Source: an uncultured delta proteobacterium (GTDB lineage Bacteria; Desulfobacterota; Desulfomonilia; Desulfomonilales; Desulfomonilaceae). Taken from it: a stretch of 64,000 nt of DNA. The notes under the pieces were generated by a model. The model had not been told where the DNA came from, did no database searches, and worked only from the letters and a program-made list of their open reading frames with translations. The position numbers and the translations under genes are program-made. Within the stretch, counting starts at the first letter, position 1. The number at the start of each line of letters is the position of its first letter. The stretch spans positions 576,001-640,000 of the forward strand of contig CAWBKB010000001.1 in NCBI GenBank assembly GCA_963789265.1. The letters run 5' to 3'. Positions 9,100-19,359 of this stretch are shown in pieces.

Positions 9100-9201
9100 C
9101 AGATTACTCTTTTGCCTCCTGCCGGGCAATGCCCTTTGAAATCCGGGGACAACATGTAATATCGGCCACGATCCGCGAGTTAAGTAAGGTGTACCCGGAT
9201 C
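9100..9201 (+). repeat. ~100-bp degenerate direct repeat ending in a CCGGGGACA-class palindrome
   Basis: gcaatgccctttgaaatccggggaca...atccgcgagttaagtaaggtgtacccggat aligns with 9920-10024. Confidence 0.7.
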
Positions 9202-9226
9202 TACATTCTTGACTGAATCCTATGTT

Positions 9227-9709
9227 TCATGTGGCATTGTGCTCCACTTGTGCTTTGAAAAGTCGCAGCGCTTTGTGCATATATCCGCGCCACAGTACAT
9301 TTGTGATGAACCAAAGAATCGGCACAGCAAAAGCAGACCTTGGATTAAACGCGTAACGCCATTTGATATGCGTTTTAGTCGATGAAGTACTGCTAAACCA
9401 CCATTCACCGTTTGCTGAGGTCACGAGAAACCGAAGCGCACCCGTAAACTCGCTGACAGTGTAGCTGAAGTAATCAGGATGCTCGTACTGTGTTAACATT
9501 TCTTGCGCGGAACTGCCATCGGACAAAAGAACGGTTCGTGTCTGACCTGATCCGTCCCACGCACCGGTTTGGTCTTTAGTTCCGGTGACAGCGGGTAGCG
9601 GCCCGTATCCCGTAAATATTGACGTAAGATCAATGGGTACATTACGCTCAAAAGCCGCGATTTGATTAACCGCCACATCTGTATTTACTGTTACTGCAAG
9701 TGATCTCAA
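9227..9709 (-). CDS. SRPBCC (polyketide cyclase-like) family protein
   Basis: GYGPLPAV, W...GQTRTV.LSDG, W.YAF.P; GGAGG RBS before TTG 9709. Confidence 0.78.
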   Translation of the reverse strand: MRSLAVTVNTDVAVNQIAAFERNVPIDLTSIFTGYGPLPAVTGTKDQTGAWDGSGQTRTVLLSDGSSAQEMLTQYEHPDYFSYTVSEFTGALRFLVTSANGEWWFSSTSSTKTHIKWRYAFNPRSAFAVPILWFITNVLWRGYMHKALRLFKAQVEHNAT

Positions 9710-9919
9710 GGTTATCCTCCTTTTTGACCTACTGAAAATAGTCCACCGTTTCGTCCCCGGCCGAATTGGAGGTTCGCTCCAGGTGCGAACATTGGATGCA
9801 GGGTTGCACGGGGTCAGGCCCATTTTCTTTGCTCGACCTTTTCCACTTTTCCTCAACGCCGGCCGGATCGCATACCTTGCGCGGTCGGAATGAGACCAGA
9901 TCAGCTTTAAGGCCATTCA

Positions 9920-10024
9920 CTGAATACCTTTTTTGCGCTCTGATGCGCAATGCTTTTTGAAATCCCGGGACACAACACGGAATTGGGGCTATAATCCGCG
10001 AATTAAGTAAAATGTCTCCAGATC
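9920..10024 (+). repeat. Second copy of the ~100-bp direct repeat
   Basis: gcaatgctttttgaaatcccgggaca...atccgcgaattaagtaaaatgtctccagat. Confidence 0.7.
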
Positions 10025-10220
10025 CTCAAATAAACCGCCGAAGTTCCGCGTGGATGTCAAATTTGAAGCCCTGACCTCTGATTTTGCTGAAATGAGGAAA
10101 TACCTAAAATCTTGACAAATTCATCCGATAACTCCTAATATGATTTTGCCCGAAAAATTCCCATCTGTTTTGACTCAACGGCGTGTCCAAGGGGGCGGAC
10201 ACAGCCTGTTAAAAGAGCAT

Positions 10221-11375
10221 ATGATGGAACTCATGTCGCTTCCCATATTCAAACATGTCCTGGAAGTTATTCACACTGCCAACCATTGTGCGGATTGCGG
10301 CCTGATCCGAAAACAAATCCTGGAAGCCTTTTTCAAAGGCTTTGAAAACAATGGGGCTATCTTTTTCTGGCCGGATACCGCAGGCATGTTTTCGAATACC
10401 ATCATCAGCGGCGACCTTGATGAAGCCTTCAATCAACTTTTTCATAAGTATTACCATGAATTTGATCCACTGCATCTGATGGAAAAGCCGCCAAGTCGAG
10501 CACTGGTGGGAACCATGCCGCAACGCATCAGCTATGACTTCATGCTTTCCACCGAGTATTACAATGATTTTTTAAAACCCCAAAAGATACACTACAAATT
10601 GGTGGTGTCCCTGGACTCCATGGAGGGTACGCTGGGGAAAATCGTCCTCACCCGACCTGTGAGTTCCATTCCCTTTTCAGCAACAGACATTCAGACGGCC
10701 TGGACCGTTTCCCCATATTTGGCCCATGCCCTTTCGCTCAATGACCTTCGCCAAAAAATCAGCTTGTATGCCAACATTCTCAATTTTATCGAGAAGGATT
10801 TGTCCACCGGTGTCATGCTGGTGGATAAGTGCATGCACGTTGTTTATATTAATCCGCAAGCCGCTGAGTTGTGCCGCAAATTCTCAGGGTTTGCCCGCGG
10901 CAGGAATGACCGGCCCATTCCTCGGCTTTTGCTGGAAACCGTTAAGAAAATAATCATGGAAATAGAACACGTCTCTACGGGAGCTGAGATCATACCCAAA
11001 CGAAACATAATTATCGGCCACAATGGGGTGAAATTCTCGATCCACGCAAAATTCGTGCGCAACGGGTCCATTCCCGGATATGGCGGCTATTACATGATTT
11101 ATCTCTCTGAATTGGAAAGCAGCCTATCCTTGGAAGGGGGTGACATCCGCCGGATGTTCCAATTGACTCCAAGGGAGATCGACGTCACGAGGCAAATCTT
11201 CAATGGGTCAAGGAATCTGGAAATTGCGGAAAAATTGTTCGTTTCCGAGATCACCGTGAAAAAGCATATTCAAAATATTTACCGCAAGGTCGGGGTGAAA
11301 AACCGAACATCCCTGATGAACAAGATCATGGCTGTCGGCAAAATGCCCCGTCAACACCTCAACCCCGCAGATTGA
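10221..11375 (+). CDS. LuxR-family HTH transcriptional regulator with PAS-like central domain
   Basis: LTPREIDV...GSRNLEIAEKLFVSEITVKKHIQNIYRKVGVKNRT; GVMLVD..VVYIN. Confidence 0.88.
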   Translation: MMELMSLPIFKHVLEVIHTANHCADCGLIRKQILEAFFKGFENNGAIFFWPDTAGMFSNTIISGDLDEAFNQLFHKYYHEFDPLHLMEKPPSRALVGTMPQRISYDFMLSTEYYNDFLKPQKIHYKLVVSLDSMEGTLGKIVLTRPVSSIPFSATDIQTAWTVSPYLAHALSLNDLRQKISLYANILNFIEKDLSTGVMLVDKCMHVVYINPQAAELCRKFSGFARGRNDRPIPRLLLETVKKIIMEIEHVSTGAEIIPKRNIIIGHNGVKFSIHAKFVRNGSIPGYGGYYMIYLSELESSLSLEGGDIRRMFQLTPREIDVTRQIFNGSRNLEIAEKLFVSEITVKKHIQNIYRKVGVKNRTSLMNKIMAVGKMPRQHLNPAD

Positions 11376-11747
11376 TTCGGCTTTCCCGAATCAGACGTTG
11401 TCTGCCGGCAGGTCGAGTCCCTATTCGGCGGCGCTTCGCACTGAACGGCATTCATCAAGGGGCATGAATCGGATGAGTTGGCGGCCAGTTACCGCACGAT
11501 TCATTGAGGCTTCGTGTTTATCACCGGCGGAGCGGTGCATTTCGCTCGTTCGGCGAAATCCGTGAAATGACGTAATCGGCTTCAAAATTCCTACTTTCGT
11601 ATAGTATACATTAGTAATCAGGTCAAATATGTTCATTTATCCGGCATACAATAACGGCTATCGTCGCGCGCCTTGAACTCGACGAAAATAGCCCATTTCC
11701 GAGTGGAAACCAACTGACTGCTCGTAGGCGACAGAAAGGAGAAGACC

Positions 11748-12953
11748 ATGAAAATCAAATGGTGGCTTGGAATTACTGTCATGCTGCTCGTGATCGCGAG
11801 CATTGCAGGCACGGCCATGGCTAAAGACAAAATCGTCATTGGGCAGGCGATTTCTCTGTCCGGTCCTATGGCAAGCGGCGTGGCCATAGCTGGAGGACCC
11901 GTCTATGAACTGTGGGTTGACCAGGTCAATAAAAACGGCGGCATCTTCGTCAAAAAATATGGGAAAAAGCTGCCGATTAAACTGATCCGTTATGATGACA
12001 AGAGCGATATCGGCACCATGACGCATTTGCTGGAAAAATTGATCGTTGAGGACAAGGTCGACTTCATCCTGCCCCCCTGGAGCACCGCCATGCTTTATGC
12101 CGCTGCGCCCATCGCCAATAAGTATCATTACATTCTAATCGGAGGGCCCGGTGGTGCCGCCAAACTCAAAGAGCTCGATCTCCCCTATTTTTTTCAAGTC
12201 CTAAACTTCGCTGAAACCCAGAACCCGACACTGGCAAAGATTTACAAAGAAGTTGGGGTTAAATCGGTGGCCATCCTCTACCGCGGCGACCTTCATGGCA
12301 TCGAGTACGGCAAGTCATTCCCGCCATTGCTGAAGAAGATGGGCATCGAAGTCAAAATGTGCAAGAGCTACCCGCCGGATATTAAAGACATGTCGAGCCT
12401 GCTCAGAGAGGCTCAATCGCTTAAGGTGGATGCCTTATATGCAGCGTCTTATCCGCCGGAAGCCATGTTGCTCACCAAGCAGGCGATGGAACTGGGCATC
12501 AATTTTAAATCCCTATTCATGACCGTACTGCCGTTTTCACCCAACCTTTTCCGCGATACCTTTGGTGTTAAAGCCGTTGAAGGTGTCATGGGCGGTGGTG
12601 CCTGGAATGCAAAAACTTCGCCCGGGGCAAAGGAACTGGTGAAGATATATAAGGCCAAATTTGGGGTCGAACCCGACTACTGGGGAGCCTTGTTTTACTA
12701 CTCTTCCCTGCAGGATCTCCAACAGGCCATCGAAAAAGCCGGTACGCTCGACCAGAAGAAAATTCGGGATATCATGGCCAAAGATAAGTTTCAAACCGCG
12801 CTGGGCACCTTCTCGTACGACAAGCACCGCTACTTCGTGAATCATCCCGGTGAAATCGGCCAGTGGCAGCACGGTGTCTTTGAAGTCATCGATCCGGGCG
12901 CCAAGCGCACGGCGCCGCCCGAATATCCCAAGCCGGATTGGCCCAAAAAATAA
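11748..12953 (+). CDS. Liv-type ABC transporter substrate-binding protein
   Basis: Signal peptide, IGQAISLSGP, VNKNGGI, YDDKSD, IGQWQ. Confidence 0.9.
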   Translation: MKIKWWLGITVMLLVIASIAGTAMAKDKIVIGQAISLSGPMASGVAIAGGPVYELWVDQVNKNGGIFVKKYGKKLPIKLIRYDDKSDIGTMTHLLEKLIVEDKVDFILPPWSTAMLYAAAPIANKYHYILIGGPGGAAKLKELDLPYFFQVLNFAETQNPTLAKIYKEVGVKSVAILYRGDLHGIEYGKSFPPLLKKMGIEVKMCKSYPPDIKDMSSLLREAQSLKVDALYAASYPPEAMLLTKQAMELGINFKSLFMTVLPFSPNLFRDTFGVKAVEGVMGGGAWNAKTSPGAKELVKIYKAKFGVEPDYWGALFYYSSLQDLQQAIEKAGTLDQKKIRDIMAKDKFQTALGTFSYDKHRYFVNHPGEIGQWQHGVFEVIDPGAKRTAPPEYPKPDWPKK

Positions 12954-13067
12954 GCTGCCGTGGGAAAGATATGGTGTGGATAACTCAAGATGCGTTCAAA
13001 GATGTACCTCCCGCGAGCGGACAAACGCCGACATCTCCAGGCTTAACGGACGGGAAACACAAACGTT

Positions 13068-13940
13068 ATGATCAAGACCCTCCTGGACATCGTGACGGAC
13101 GGTCTGCTTCTGGGCGGCATCTATGCGCTGATCGCCGTGGGCCTAAGCATACAATACGGTGTGGCCCGTGTGCTCAACATCGCCCACGGTGAATTTATCA
13201 TGCTCGGCGCCTTCATTACCTGGACGTTGTTCACCGTCCTTGGTATCAACCCGCTGCTTTCACTGGCCGTCAGCGGGCCGGCGCTGTTTATCATCGGTCT
13301 GCTCCTTTACCGGACATTGCTGGCGCCCCTTCGAAAGAAATCAGCTTCGCCGGAAGCCTTTGAAGGCAATTCCATGCTGGCGTGCTTCGGTTTAATCTTT
13401 ATTATCCAAAATACAGCCATACTGATATGGAATGCGGATATGAAAGGGTACTCCTTTTTGGCGTTTCCAATCAGTATCGGCGGCGTTGCCGTCGCCGCCA
13501 ATCGGCTGGTAACTCTGGGTTTCGCTTCACTGTTTTGTTTAATCTTCTACCTTTACCTCGCCCGTACGCGGATGGGCAAAGCCATACGGGCGGCCGCCCA
13601 GGACGCTGAGATCGCCGGTCTGATGGGAGTCGACATCGACCGCGTGCTGGGACTTTGTTTTGGTTTCGGCGCCCTGATGGCTGGTCTGGGCGGTTCGCTG
13701 ATCAGCATCTCCTACAATATTCAGCCTGCCATGGGTCTCGAATACACCATGATCGCATTGATCGTCATCGTTCTGGGCGGGCTGGGCAGCATTCTGGGAA
13801 GTTTTCTAGGCGGGCTGTTCCTGGGACTTGTGGGAAGCATCGTCAGCTATATTCAGCCGGGGCTCTCTATCGTGGCCTATTACGCCATCTTTATGCTTCT
13901 GCTGCTGATCAAACCCAAAGGTATCCTTGGTACTCACTGA
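13068..13940 (+). CDS. Liv-type ABC permease (LivH-like)
   Basis: GGIYALIAVGLS...NIAHGEF, GKAIRA, VLGGLGS. Confidence 0.9.
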   Translation: MIKTLLDIVTDGLLLGGIYALIAVGLSIQYGVARVLNIAHGEFIMLGAFITWTLFTVLGINPLLSLAVSGPALFIIGLLLYRTLLAPLRKKSASPEAFEGNSMLACFGLIFIIQNTAILIWNADMKGYSFLAFPISIGGVAVAANRLVTLGFASLFCLIFYLYLARTRMGKAIRAAAQDAEIAGLMGVDIDRVLGLCFGFGALMAGLGGSLISISYNIQPAMGLEYTMIALIVIVLGGLGSILGSFLGGLFLGLVGSIVSYIQPGLSIVAYYAIFMLLLLIKPKGILGTH

Positions 13941-13959
13941 TCCGGATGGTGTTGCCGAT

Positions 13960-14892
13960 ATGACCCCAAAAACGTATGGGACGATATTGCTGATCCTGCT
14001 GCTTGTGTCGTTGGCGGCGTTGCCTTTGTATGGTTCGGCTTACATGGTCATACTTGTTGTCAGGATATTTATGTATGTCATCCTGGCAGTGAGCTGGACT
14101 ATGTTCTCAGGCCCCACCGGTAATATTTCCCTGGCCACCGCGGCTTTCTTCGGAACCGGTGTTTATGCCACCGCGGTTTCGGGCAATAGCCTGCCGCTGG
14201 TTGCCGTAGTGGTCATCTCAGGGTTTGCCGGCTTTTGCCTCGCCCTTGCGGTGGGCGCTCTCACCCTGCGGTTAAAAGGCATCTATTTTGTCATGTTTAC
14301 CTTCGGGCTGGTGGAGCTGCTGCTCAATTTCATCTTGTGGTGGGAAGTCAACATCACCGGCACCACCGGCCGCGTCGTTGCCAGTGTCGGGAACTGGACC
14401 GTCTTTTACTTCCTGTTGTCCATTATCTTGGCCTTGTCCCTTGTGGTCTACCTGCTCAACCGCTCGCGCTACGGTTTGGCCCTGCGGAGTCTGGGCACGT
14501 CGGAGGAAGCCGCGGCTCATCTCGGCGTCAATGTAACCGCCCTGAAAGTGATGGTTTTTGCATTCAGCGCTTTCTTTATGGGAGCCACCGGGGCCGTCAT
14601 GGCTACGCGCTGGACGTACATCGACCCGAAGATCGCCTTTAATCCCAATCTTTCGTTTCTGCCGGTGTTGATGGCCATTTTCGGAGGTATTTCCAAACCT
14701 TATGGTCCTATCATCGGTGCCACGATCTTCACCTGCATGGAAGAGTTTTTGCTCACACGTCTTCCCTATCACTACATGCTCATCTTTGGGTTGATCATGG
14801 TCTTTTCAATTTTATATATGCCCGGTGGCTTGGTAGAGGTCGTAAAGAGGTTCCGAGGACAATTGCCGGAGAGAAAACATGCCCATTCTTGA
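13960..14892 (+). CDS. Liv-type ABC permease (LivM-like)
   Basis: AAFFGTGVY, LRLKGIYF, SRYGLALR, EEAAAHLGVN. Confidence 0.9.
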   Translation: MTPKTYGTILLILLLVSLAALPLYGSAYMVILVVRIFMYVILAVSWTMFSGPTGNISLATAAFFGTGVYATAVSGNSLPLVAVVVISGFAGFCLALAVGALTLRLKGIYFVMFTFGLVELLLNFILWWEVNITGTTGRVVASVGNWTVFYFLLSIILALSLVVYLLNRSRYGLALRSLGTSEEAAAHLGVNVTALKVMVFAFSAFFMGATGAVMATRWTYIDPKIAFNPNLSFLPVLMAIFGGISKPYGPIIGATIFTCMEEFLLTRLPYHYMLIFGLIMVFSILYMPGGLVEVVKRFRGQLPERKHAHS

Positions 14893-15616
14893 AGGCCGTT
14901 CGGTAAACAAGCGTTTCGGCGGATTGACGGCAGTTTGTGATGTTGATTTCCACTTGGACGAGGGAGAAATCCTCGGACTGATCGGACCCAACGGCGCCGG
15001 CAAATCCACCTTGTTTGATCTGATATCGGCAGCCTTGACTCCCAAGCCCGGGAAAATATTGTTCAAAGGCGTTGACATTACCGGCATCAAACCCAACCGC
15101 ATTTGCCGCATGGGGCTGGCTCGAACGTTTCAAAATGTTAAGATCTTCGGCAACCTTTCGGTGCTCGAGAATGTCTTGATAGGCTCTTTTTTCGGCTCAT
15201 CCGCGAAGATTTCCCCATCGCTGGCCAAGCACGACGCCGAAGCCGCTCTGAATTTCACCGGGCTTTCAGCCGCAAGAGAGAGCCCGGCCGCCGATCTGAC
15301 CCTGGCTAATCAGAAAAGACTGGAAGTGGCCCGGGCATTGGCCACCAAACCGCAAGTCATCATGCTGGATGAAATCATGGAGGGACTCAACCCGTCCGAA
15401 GTATCTCAGGCCATGGACCTGGTCATCCGCATTCGGGACAGCGGAGTTGCCGTGATTATGATCGAACATGTCATGAAAGCCATCATGCATATCTGCGAGC
15501 GCGTCATGGTGCTCCACCACGGCGTCAAAATCGCCGACGGAACTCCAGCGGAAATTGCAGCGGACCAAAACGTCATGAAAGTTTATCTGGGAGACCATGC
15601 CCGTGTTGTCGGTTAA
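14879..15616 (+). CDS. Liv-type ABC ATPase (LivG-like)
   Basis: KRFGGLTAV, GPNGAGKST, MLDE, IEH. Confidence 0.92.
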   Translation: MPILEGRSVNKRFGGLTAVCDVDFHLDEGEILGLIGPNGAGKSTLFDLISAALTPKPGKILFKGVDITGIKPNRICRMGLARTFQNVKIFGNLSVLENVLIGSFFGSSAKISPSLAKHDAEAALNFTGLSAARESPAADLTLANQKRLEVARALATKPQVIMLDEIMEGLNPSEVSQAMDLVIRIRDSGVAVIMIEHVMKAIMHICERVMVLHHGVKIADGTPAEIAADQNVMKVYLGDHARVVG

Positions 15617-16307
15617 GCATGTCAGTACATTTTACGGGAAGATGCAAGCCTTGTGGGATGTCTCCCTGGATATCGGGGAGGCGGAGATCGTCGCCTTGAT
15701 CGGAGCCAACGGCGCGGGCAAGACCACGCTGCTTAAAACCATAACCGGAGTCGTTGCTCCGCGCTACGGCGAGATCACATTTTTGGGTCGGCGCATCGAG
15801 AAATTCAAATCCCATGCCATCGTGAATCTGGGCATCTCCCATATACCGGAAGGCCGCAAGCTCTTCGGGCAGATGTCGGTATTGGAAAACCTCGAAATGG
15901 GAGCGTATAGCAAGCGGGTTCGGGATCAGCGCGGCGACACCCTGGAGGAGGTCTTTCAAATGCTTCCACTTCTAAGGAGCCGCCAGGCTCAAATCACCAG
16001 CACCATGAGCGGCGGCGAGCAACAAATGGTCGCCATGGGCCGGGGGCTAATGTCAAAACCCAAGTTGTGTTTGATCGATGAGCCATCTTCCGGCCTAGCT
16101 CCCATTGTTGTGGAGGATGTTTTTCAGATGATCAAGAAACTGCGAACCCAAGGGATTTCCATTTTTCTGATCGAACAGAATGTCCAGCAAACCCTGGAAA
16201 TCGCGGATCGGGGCTATGTAATCGAAAACGGGCGCATTCTTCTGGAAGGCCGAAGTGAAGAGCTAATACAGAATGAACAGATTCGCAAGGCCTATTTGGG
16301 CCTCTAG
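15597..16307 (+). CDS. Liv-type ABC ATPase (LivF-like)
   Basis: GANGAGKTT, PEGR, MSGGEQQM, DEPS, EQN, AYLG. Confidence 0.92.
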   Translation: MPVLSVKHVSTFYGKMQALWDVSLDIGEAEIVALIGANGAGKTTLLKTITGVVAPRYGEITFLGRRIEKFKSHAIVNLGISHIPEGRKLFGQMSVLENLEMGAYSKRVRDQRGDTLEEVFQMLPLLRSRQAQITSTMSGGEQQMVAMGRGLMSKPKLCLIDEPSSGLAPIVVEDVFQMIKKLRTQGISIFLIEQNVQQTLEIADRGYVIENGRILLEGRSEELIQNEQIRKAYLGL

Positions 16308-16472
16308 CCTCGCACACCGCTTTGGTCGCGGAAAATACAGGTGAATTATTTTTAAGCTTGCCCTTGTTCGGAGGTGAATGATTGCTACCACTGGGATTCG
16401 TAGAGTAATTCGCACGATTTGGGTGCAATTAAGATTCATTTTATGCCAACCGGAAACACGAAGGAGAATTAA

Positions 16473-17912
16473 ATGCAGACGCATCAAATGTTGATCGACG
16501 GTAAATGGGTCCATGCGGCATCCGGAGAGTTTTTCGATGACTGCAATCCTTATACGGGCGAAGTGTTCACCCGGGTTCCCAAGGCTGACAAGGTAGACGC
16601 CGGGCTGGCCATGGCCGCTGCCTTTGATGCCAGGAAGCCTTGGGCCTCGACGCCTCCCTTGGAACGCGCGCGGATTCTGTTCACCGCCGCCCGCTTGCTC
16701 GAAGAAGGCACGCAGGATTACGCGCAACTGCTTGTGACCGAAGGGGGAAGCACTTTCGGAAAGGCGATGTTCGAGATTTCTCAAACCGTCGATCTATTGC
16801 AGACAGCCGCCGGAGATTGCAAGCGCATCCTGGGTGAAACTTTTCAAACCGATCCCGGCAAACTCTCCATGACCATGCTGACCCCCAAAGGTACTGTGGT
16901 GGCCATTTCTCCTTGGAATTTTCCACTGATCCTGTCTATGTATAAAGTGGCTTACGCGCTGGGGACCGGTAATACCGTGGTTTTAAAGCCGGCCAGCGAA
17001 ACACCGGTGATCGGCCTCAAGATCGGAGAACTCTTTGAAAAGGCCGGTCTCATGCCCGGAGCGCTGAACGTGTTGACCGGTCCGGGAAGCATCCTGGGCG
17101 ATGCCCTCATCGCAGACGAACGCTGCTCGATGGTCTCTCTGACCGGAGAGACCGTGACAGGCAGACACGTCGCCCAAAAAGCTGCCGAGACTCTGAAAGA
17201 GTATACTCTTGAAATGGGGGGCAAGAACCCGCTCGTTATTTTGGCGGATTCGGATGTGGACTTTGCGGTAAATACGGCAGCATTCGGAGCCTTCTTGCAC
17301 CAGGGACAGATCTGCATGTCAGTGGGGCGCATTGTAGTGGAGGAACAGATCGCAGCCGAGTTTGCCGAGAAATTGGCGGCGAAAGCGGCCACGCTGCCCA
17401 AGGGCGATCCCAGCCAACCCCAGACCGTGGTCGGTCCCCTGATCAATGACCATCAGGTGAAAAAGGTGGACACCCTGGTTCAGGATGCCGTGGTAAATGG
17501 GGCCAAACTGCTTCACGGAGGCAGTTTCGAGGGACGGGTTTACGATCCAACCGTACTGATGAAGGTTCAACCCACGATGAAGATCTACCATGAAGAGACC
17601 TTCGGCCCGGTTGCGTCGATCATTCCTGTGAAGGATGCCGCGGAAGCTCTACGGGTTGCCAACGATACGCCCTACGGACTCTCCGCCGGCGTCATAACCA
17701 AGGATATCCACAAGGCTTTGTACCTGGCCGAAGGATTGGAAGCCGGCATGGTGCACGTCAACGACAGCTCCATTGATGCGGATGCTTGTTGCCCCTTCGG
17801 AGGCTGGAAAGACAGCGGCCGGGGTCGTGAAGGCGGTCGCTATTCCGTCGAACAGTACAGCGAAATGAAATGGGTGACCATTCAAAAAGCGGCGAAAGCT
17901 TTTCCGTTCTAA
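16473..17912 (+). CDS. NAD(P)-dependent aldehyde dehydrogenase, aromatic-aldehyde type
   Basis: SPWNFP, LEMGGKNP, FLHQGQICMS, EETFGP. Confidence 0.9.
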   Translation: MQTHQMLIDGKWVHAASGEFFDDCNPYTGEVFTRVPKADKVDAGLAMAAAFDARKPWASTPPLERARILFTAARLLEEGTQDYAQLLVTEGGSTFGKAMFEISQTVDLLQTAAGDCKRILGETFQTDPGKLSMTMLTPKGTVVAISPWNFPLILSMYKVAYALGTGNTVVLKPASETPVIGLKIGELFEKAGLMPGALNVLTGPGSILGDALIADERCSMVSLTGETVTGRHVAQKAAETLKEYTLEMGGKNPLVILADSDVDFAVNTAAFGAFLHQGQICMSVGRIVVEEQIAAEFAEKLAAKAATLPKGDPSQPQTVVGPLINDHQVKKVDTLVQDAVVNGAKLLHGGSFEGRVYDPTVLMKVQPTMKIYHEETFGPVASIIPVKDAAEALRVANDTPYGLSAGVITKDIHKALYLAEGLEAGMVHVNDSSIDADACCPFGGWKDSGRGREGGRYSVEQYSEMKWVTIQKAAKAFPF

Positions 17913-18008
17913 GTATCCTATGGCTTAAACACGGTGTCTTATTTCGGGCAATGTTGTGCATGCTTGCAATCCAATCCGACGCCTTCACCGAGATTCCGGA
18001 TCCGAATG

Positions 18009-18063
18009 GTAGGGGCATACCTTGTGTCTGCCCTCATGGGGCACCCACGAGAGGTGCCCCTAC
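18009..18063. repeat. REP doublet GTAGGGGC...GCCCCTAC
   Basis: Inverted homolog at ~40257-40517, interrupted by a MITE. Confidence 0.65.
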
Positions 18064-18151
18064 AACGGATTCCGGTTTATACCGGAGTGATCGCAATAGC
18101 GTCCGAACGCGAGATCGAAACTAGAGAATATTTCCCTTAAGGAGGGGAAAA

Positions 18152-19246
18152 ATGGATGTCAAAGCTGCCGTAGTTTTTGAGAAATCAGGAGATTTCAGGA
18201 TCGAACAACTGAAGATCAGCGAGCCGAACGACGATGAGGTCATGGTTCGGATAGTCGGTTGTGGAATATGCCACACTGATTTGGGTGCCCGCGATCAGTA
18301 TCTGCCAATCCCTCTGCCAAGTGTCTTCGGACACGAAGGCTCTGGCGTTGTTGAACGAGTGGGAGCGCGGGTGAACAAGGTGAAACCGGGTGACCATGTG
18401 GTTCTGAGCTGGGGCTCCTGTGGCAGATGCAGTTCGTGCAAGGCCGGAAAAGATCCCTATTGCCTGAATTTCTTCCCGCTCAATTTCAGTGGGGCTCGCC
18501 CGGACGGCACCACGACATTGAAAAAGGGCGATCAAGTCATTCATGGCTCTTTTTTCGGCCAGTCTTCTTTTGCCAGTCACGCTTTGGCCAACGAGCGGAA
18601 CGTTGTCAAGATCCGAAAAGACATTCCCCTTGAGATCCTCGGACCGTTGGGGTGCGGTGTTCAAACCGGAGCAGGGGCTGTCATGAACACACTTCAGCCC
18701 AAGCCGGGCGCGTCCATCGCGATCTTCGGCGCGGGCACGGTTGGTATGAGCGCTGTTCTCGGTGCACTGGTGTGTGGTTGTACCACGATTATCGCTGTAG
18801 ATGTCCAGCCGGAGCGCCTTAAGATGGCCAAAGAATTCGGAGCCACTCATGCCGTGAACTCCGGTGAGACCGATCCTGTCGAGGCGATCCGGGAGATTAC
18901 CGGCGGGGGTGCTGATTTCACCCTGGAGTGTGTCGGCAATCCAAAAGTGTTGCGTCAGGCCGTGGACGCTTTGCCACTCTGCGGGGTCTGCGGACTGTTG
19001 GGCGTAGTGTCACCGGGCACCGAGGTGGTCCTGGACATGGACAGGATCATGAACGGGCGAACAATTAAGGGGATCATTGAAGGCGATTCCATTCCTGATC
19101 TTTTTATTCCAAGGCTTGCAGAATTGTATAGCCAGGGACGGTTTCCGTTTGACCGATTGATTACCTTTTATCCGTTTGATGACATAAACAAGGCAGTGGA
19201 AGACATGGAAAAGGGACTGGTGGTCAAACCGATCTTACGACCCTAG
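18152..19246 (+). CDS. Zn-dependent aryl-alcohol (benzyl-alcohol-type) dehydrogenase
   Basis: GICHTD, GHEG, CxxCxxC...C, FFGQSSFA, PLGCGVQTGAG, IIEGDS. Confidence 0.9.
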   Translation: MDVKAAVVFEKSGDFRIEQLKISEPNDDEVMVRIVGCGICHTDLGARDQYLPIPLPSVFGHEGSGVVERVGARVNKVKPGDHVVLSWGSCGRCSSCKAGKDPYCLNFFPLNFSGARPDGTTTLKKGDQVIHGSFFGQSSFASHALANERNVVKIRKDIPLEILGPLGCGVQTGAGAVMNTLQPKPGASIAIFGAGTVGMSAVLGALVCGCTTIIAVDVQPERLKMAKEFGATHAVNSGETDPVEAIREITGGGADFTLECVGNPKVLRQAVDALPLCGVCGLLGVVSPGTEVVLDMDRIMNGRTIKGIIEGDSIPDLFIPRLAELYSQGRFPFDRLITFYPFDDINKAVEDMEKGLVVKPILRP

Positions 19247-19359
19247 CTTAACGGGATTTGCCGGTTTTTCTTGCGAAATTCCAGAGATTGAGGGGCAATC
19301 CACATAAACTCGCTTATGAGGTCTTGCAACCCGCTCTAATACAATAAAGGGGCAGAGAC

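Noticed and set aside
9710..9916. N-terminal extension of the SRPBCC ORF
   Set aside because: Reads through a repeat/RAYT remnant; a good RBS precedes TTG 9709.
229..10080. Classical integron cassette array
   Set aside because: No tyrosine-recombinase integrase in the window, genes lie in both orientations, and the spacers do not show a clear RYYYAAC...GTTRRRY attC layout.
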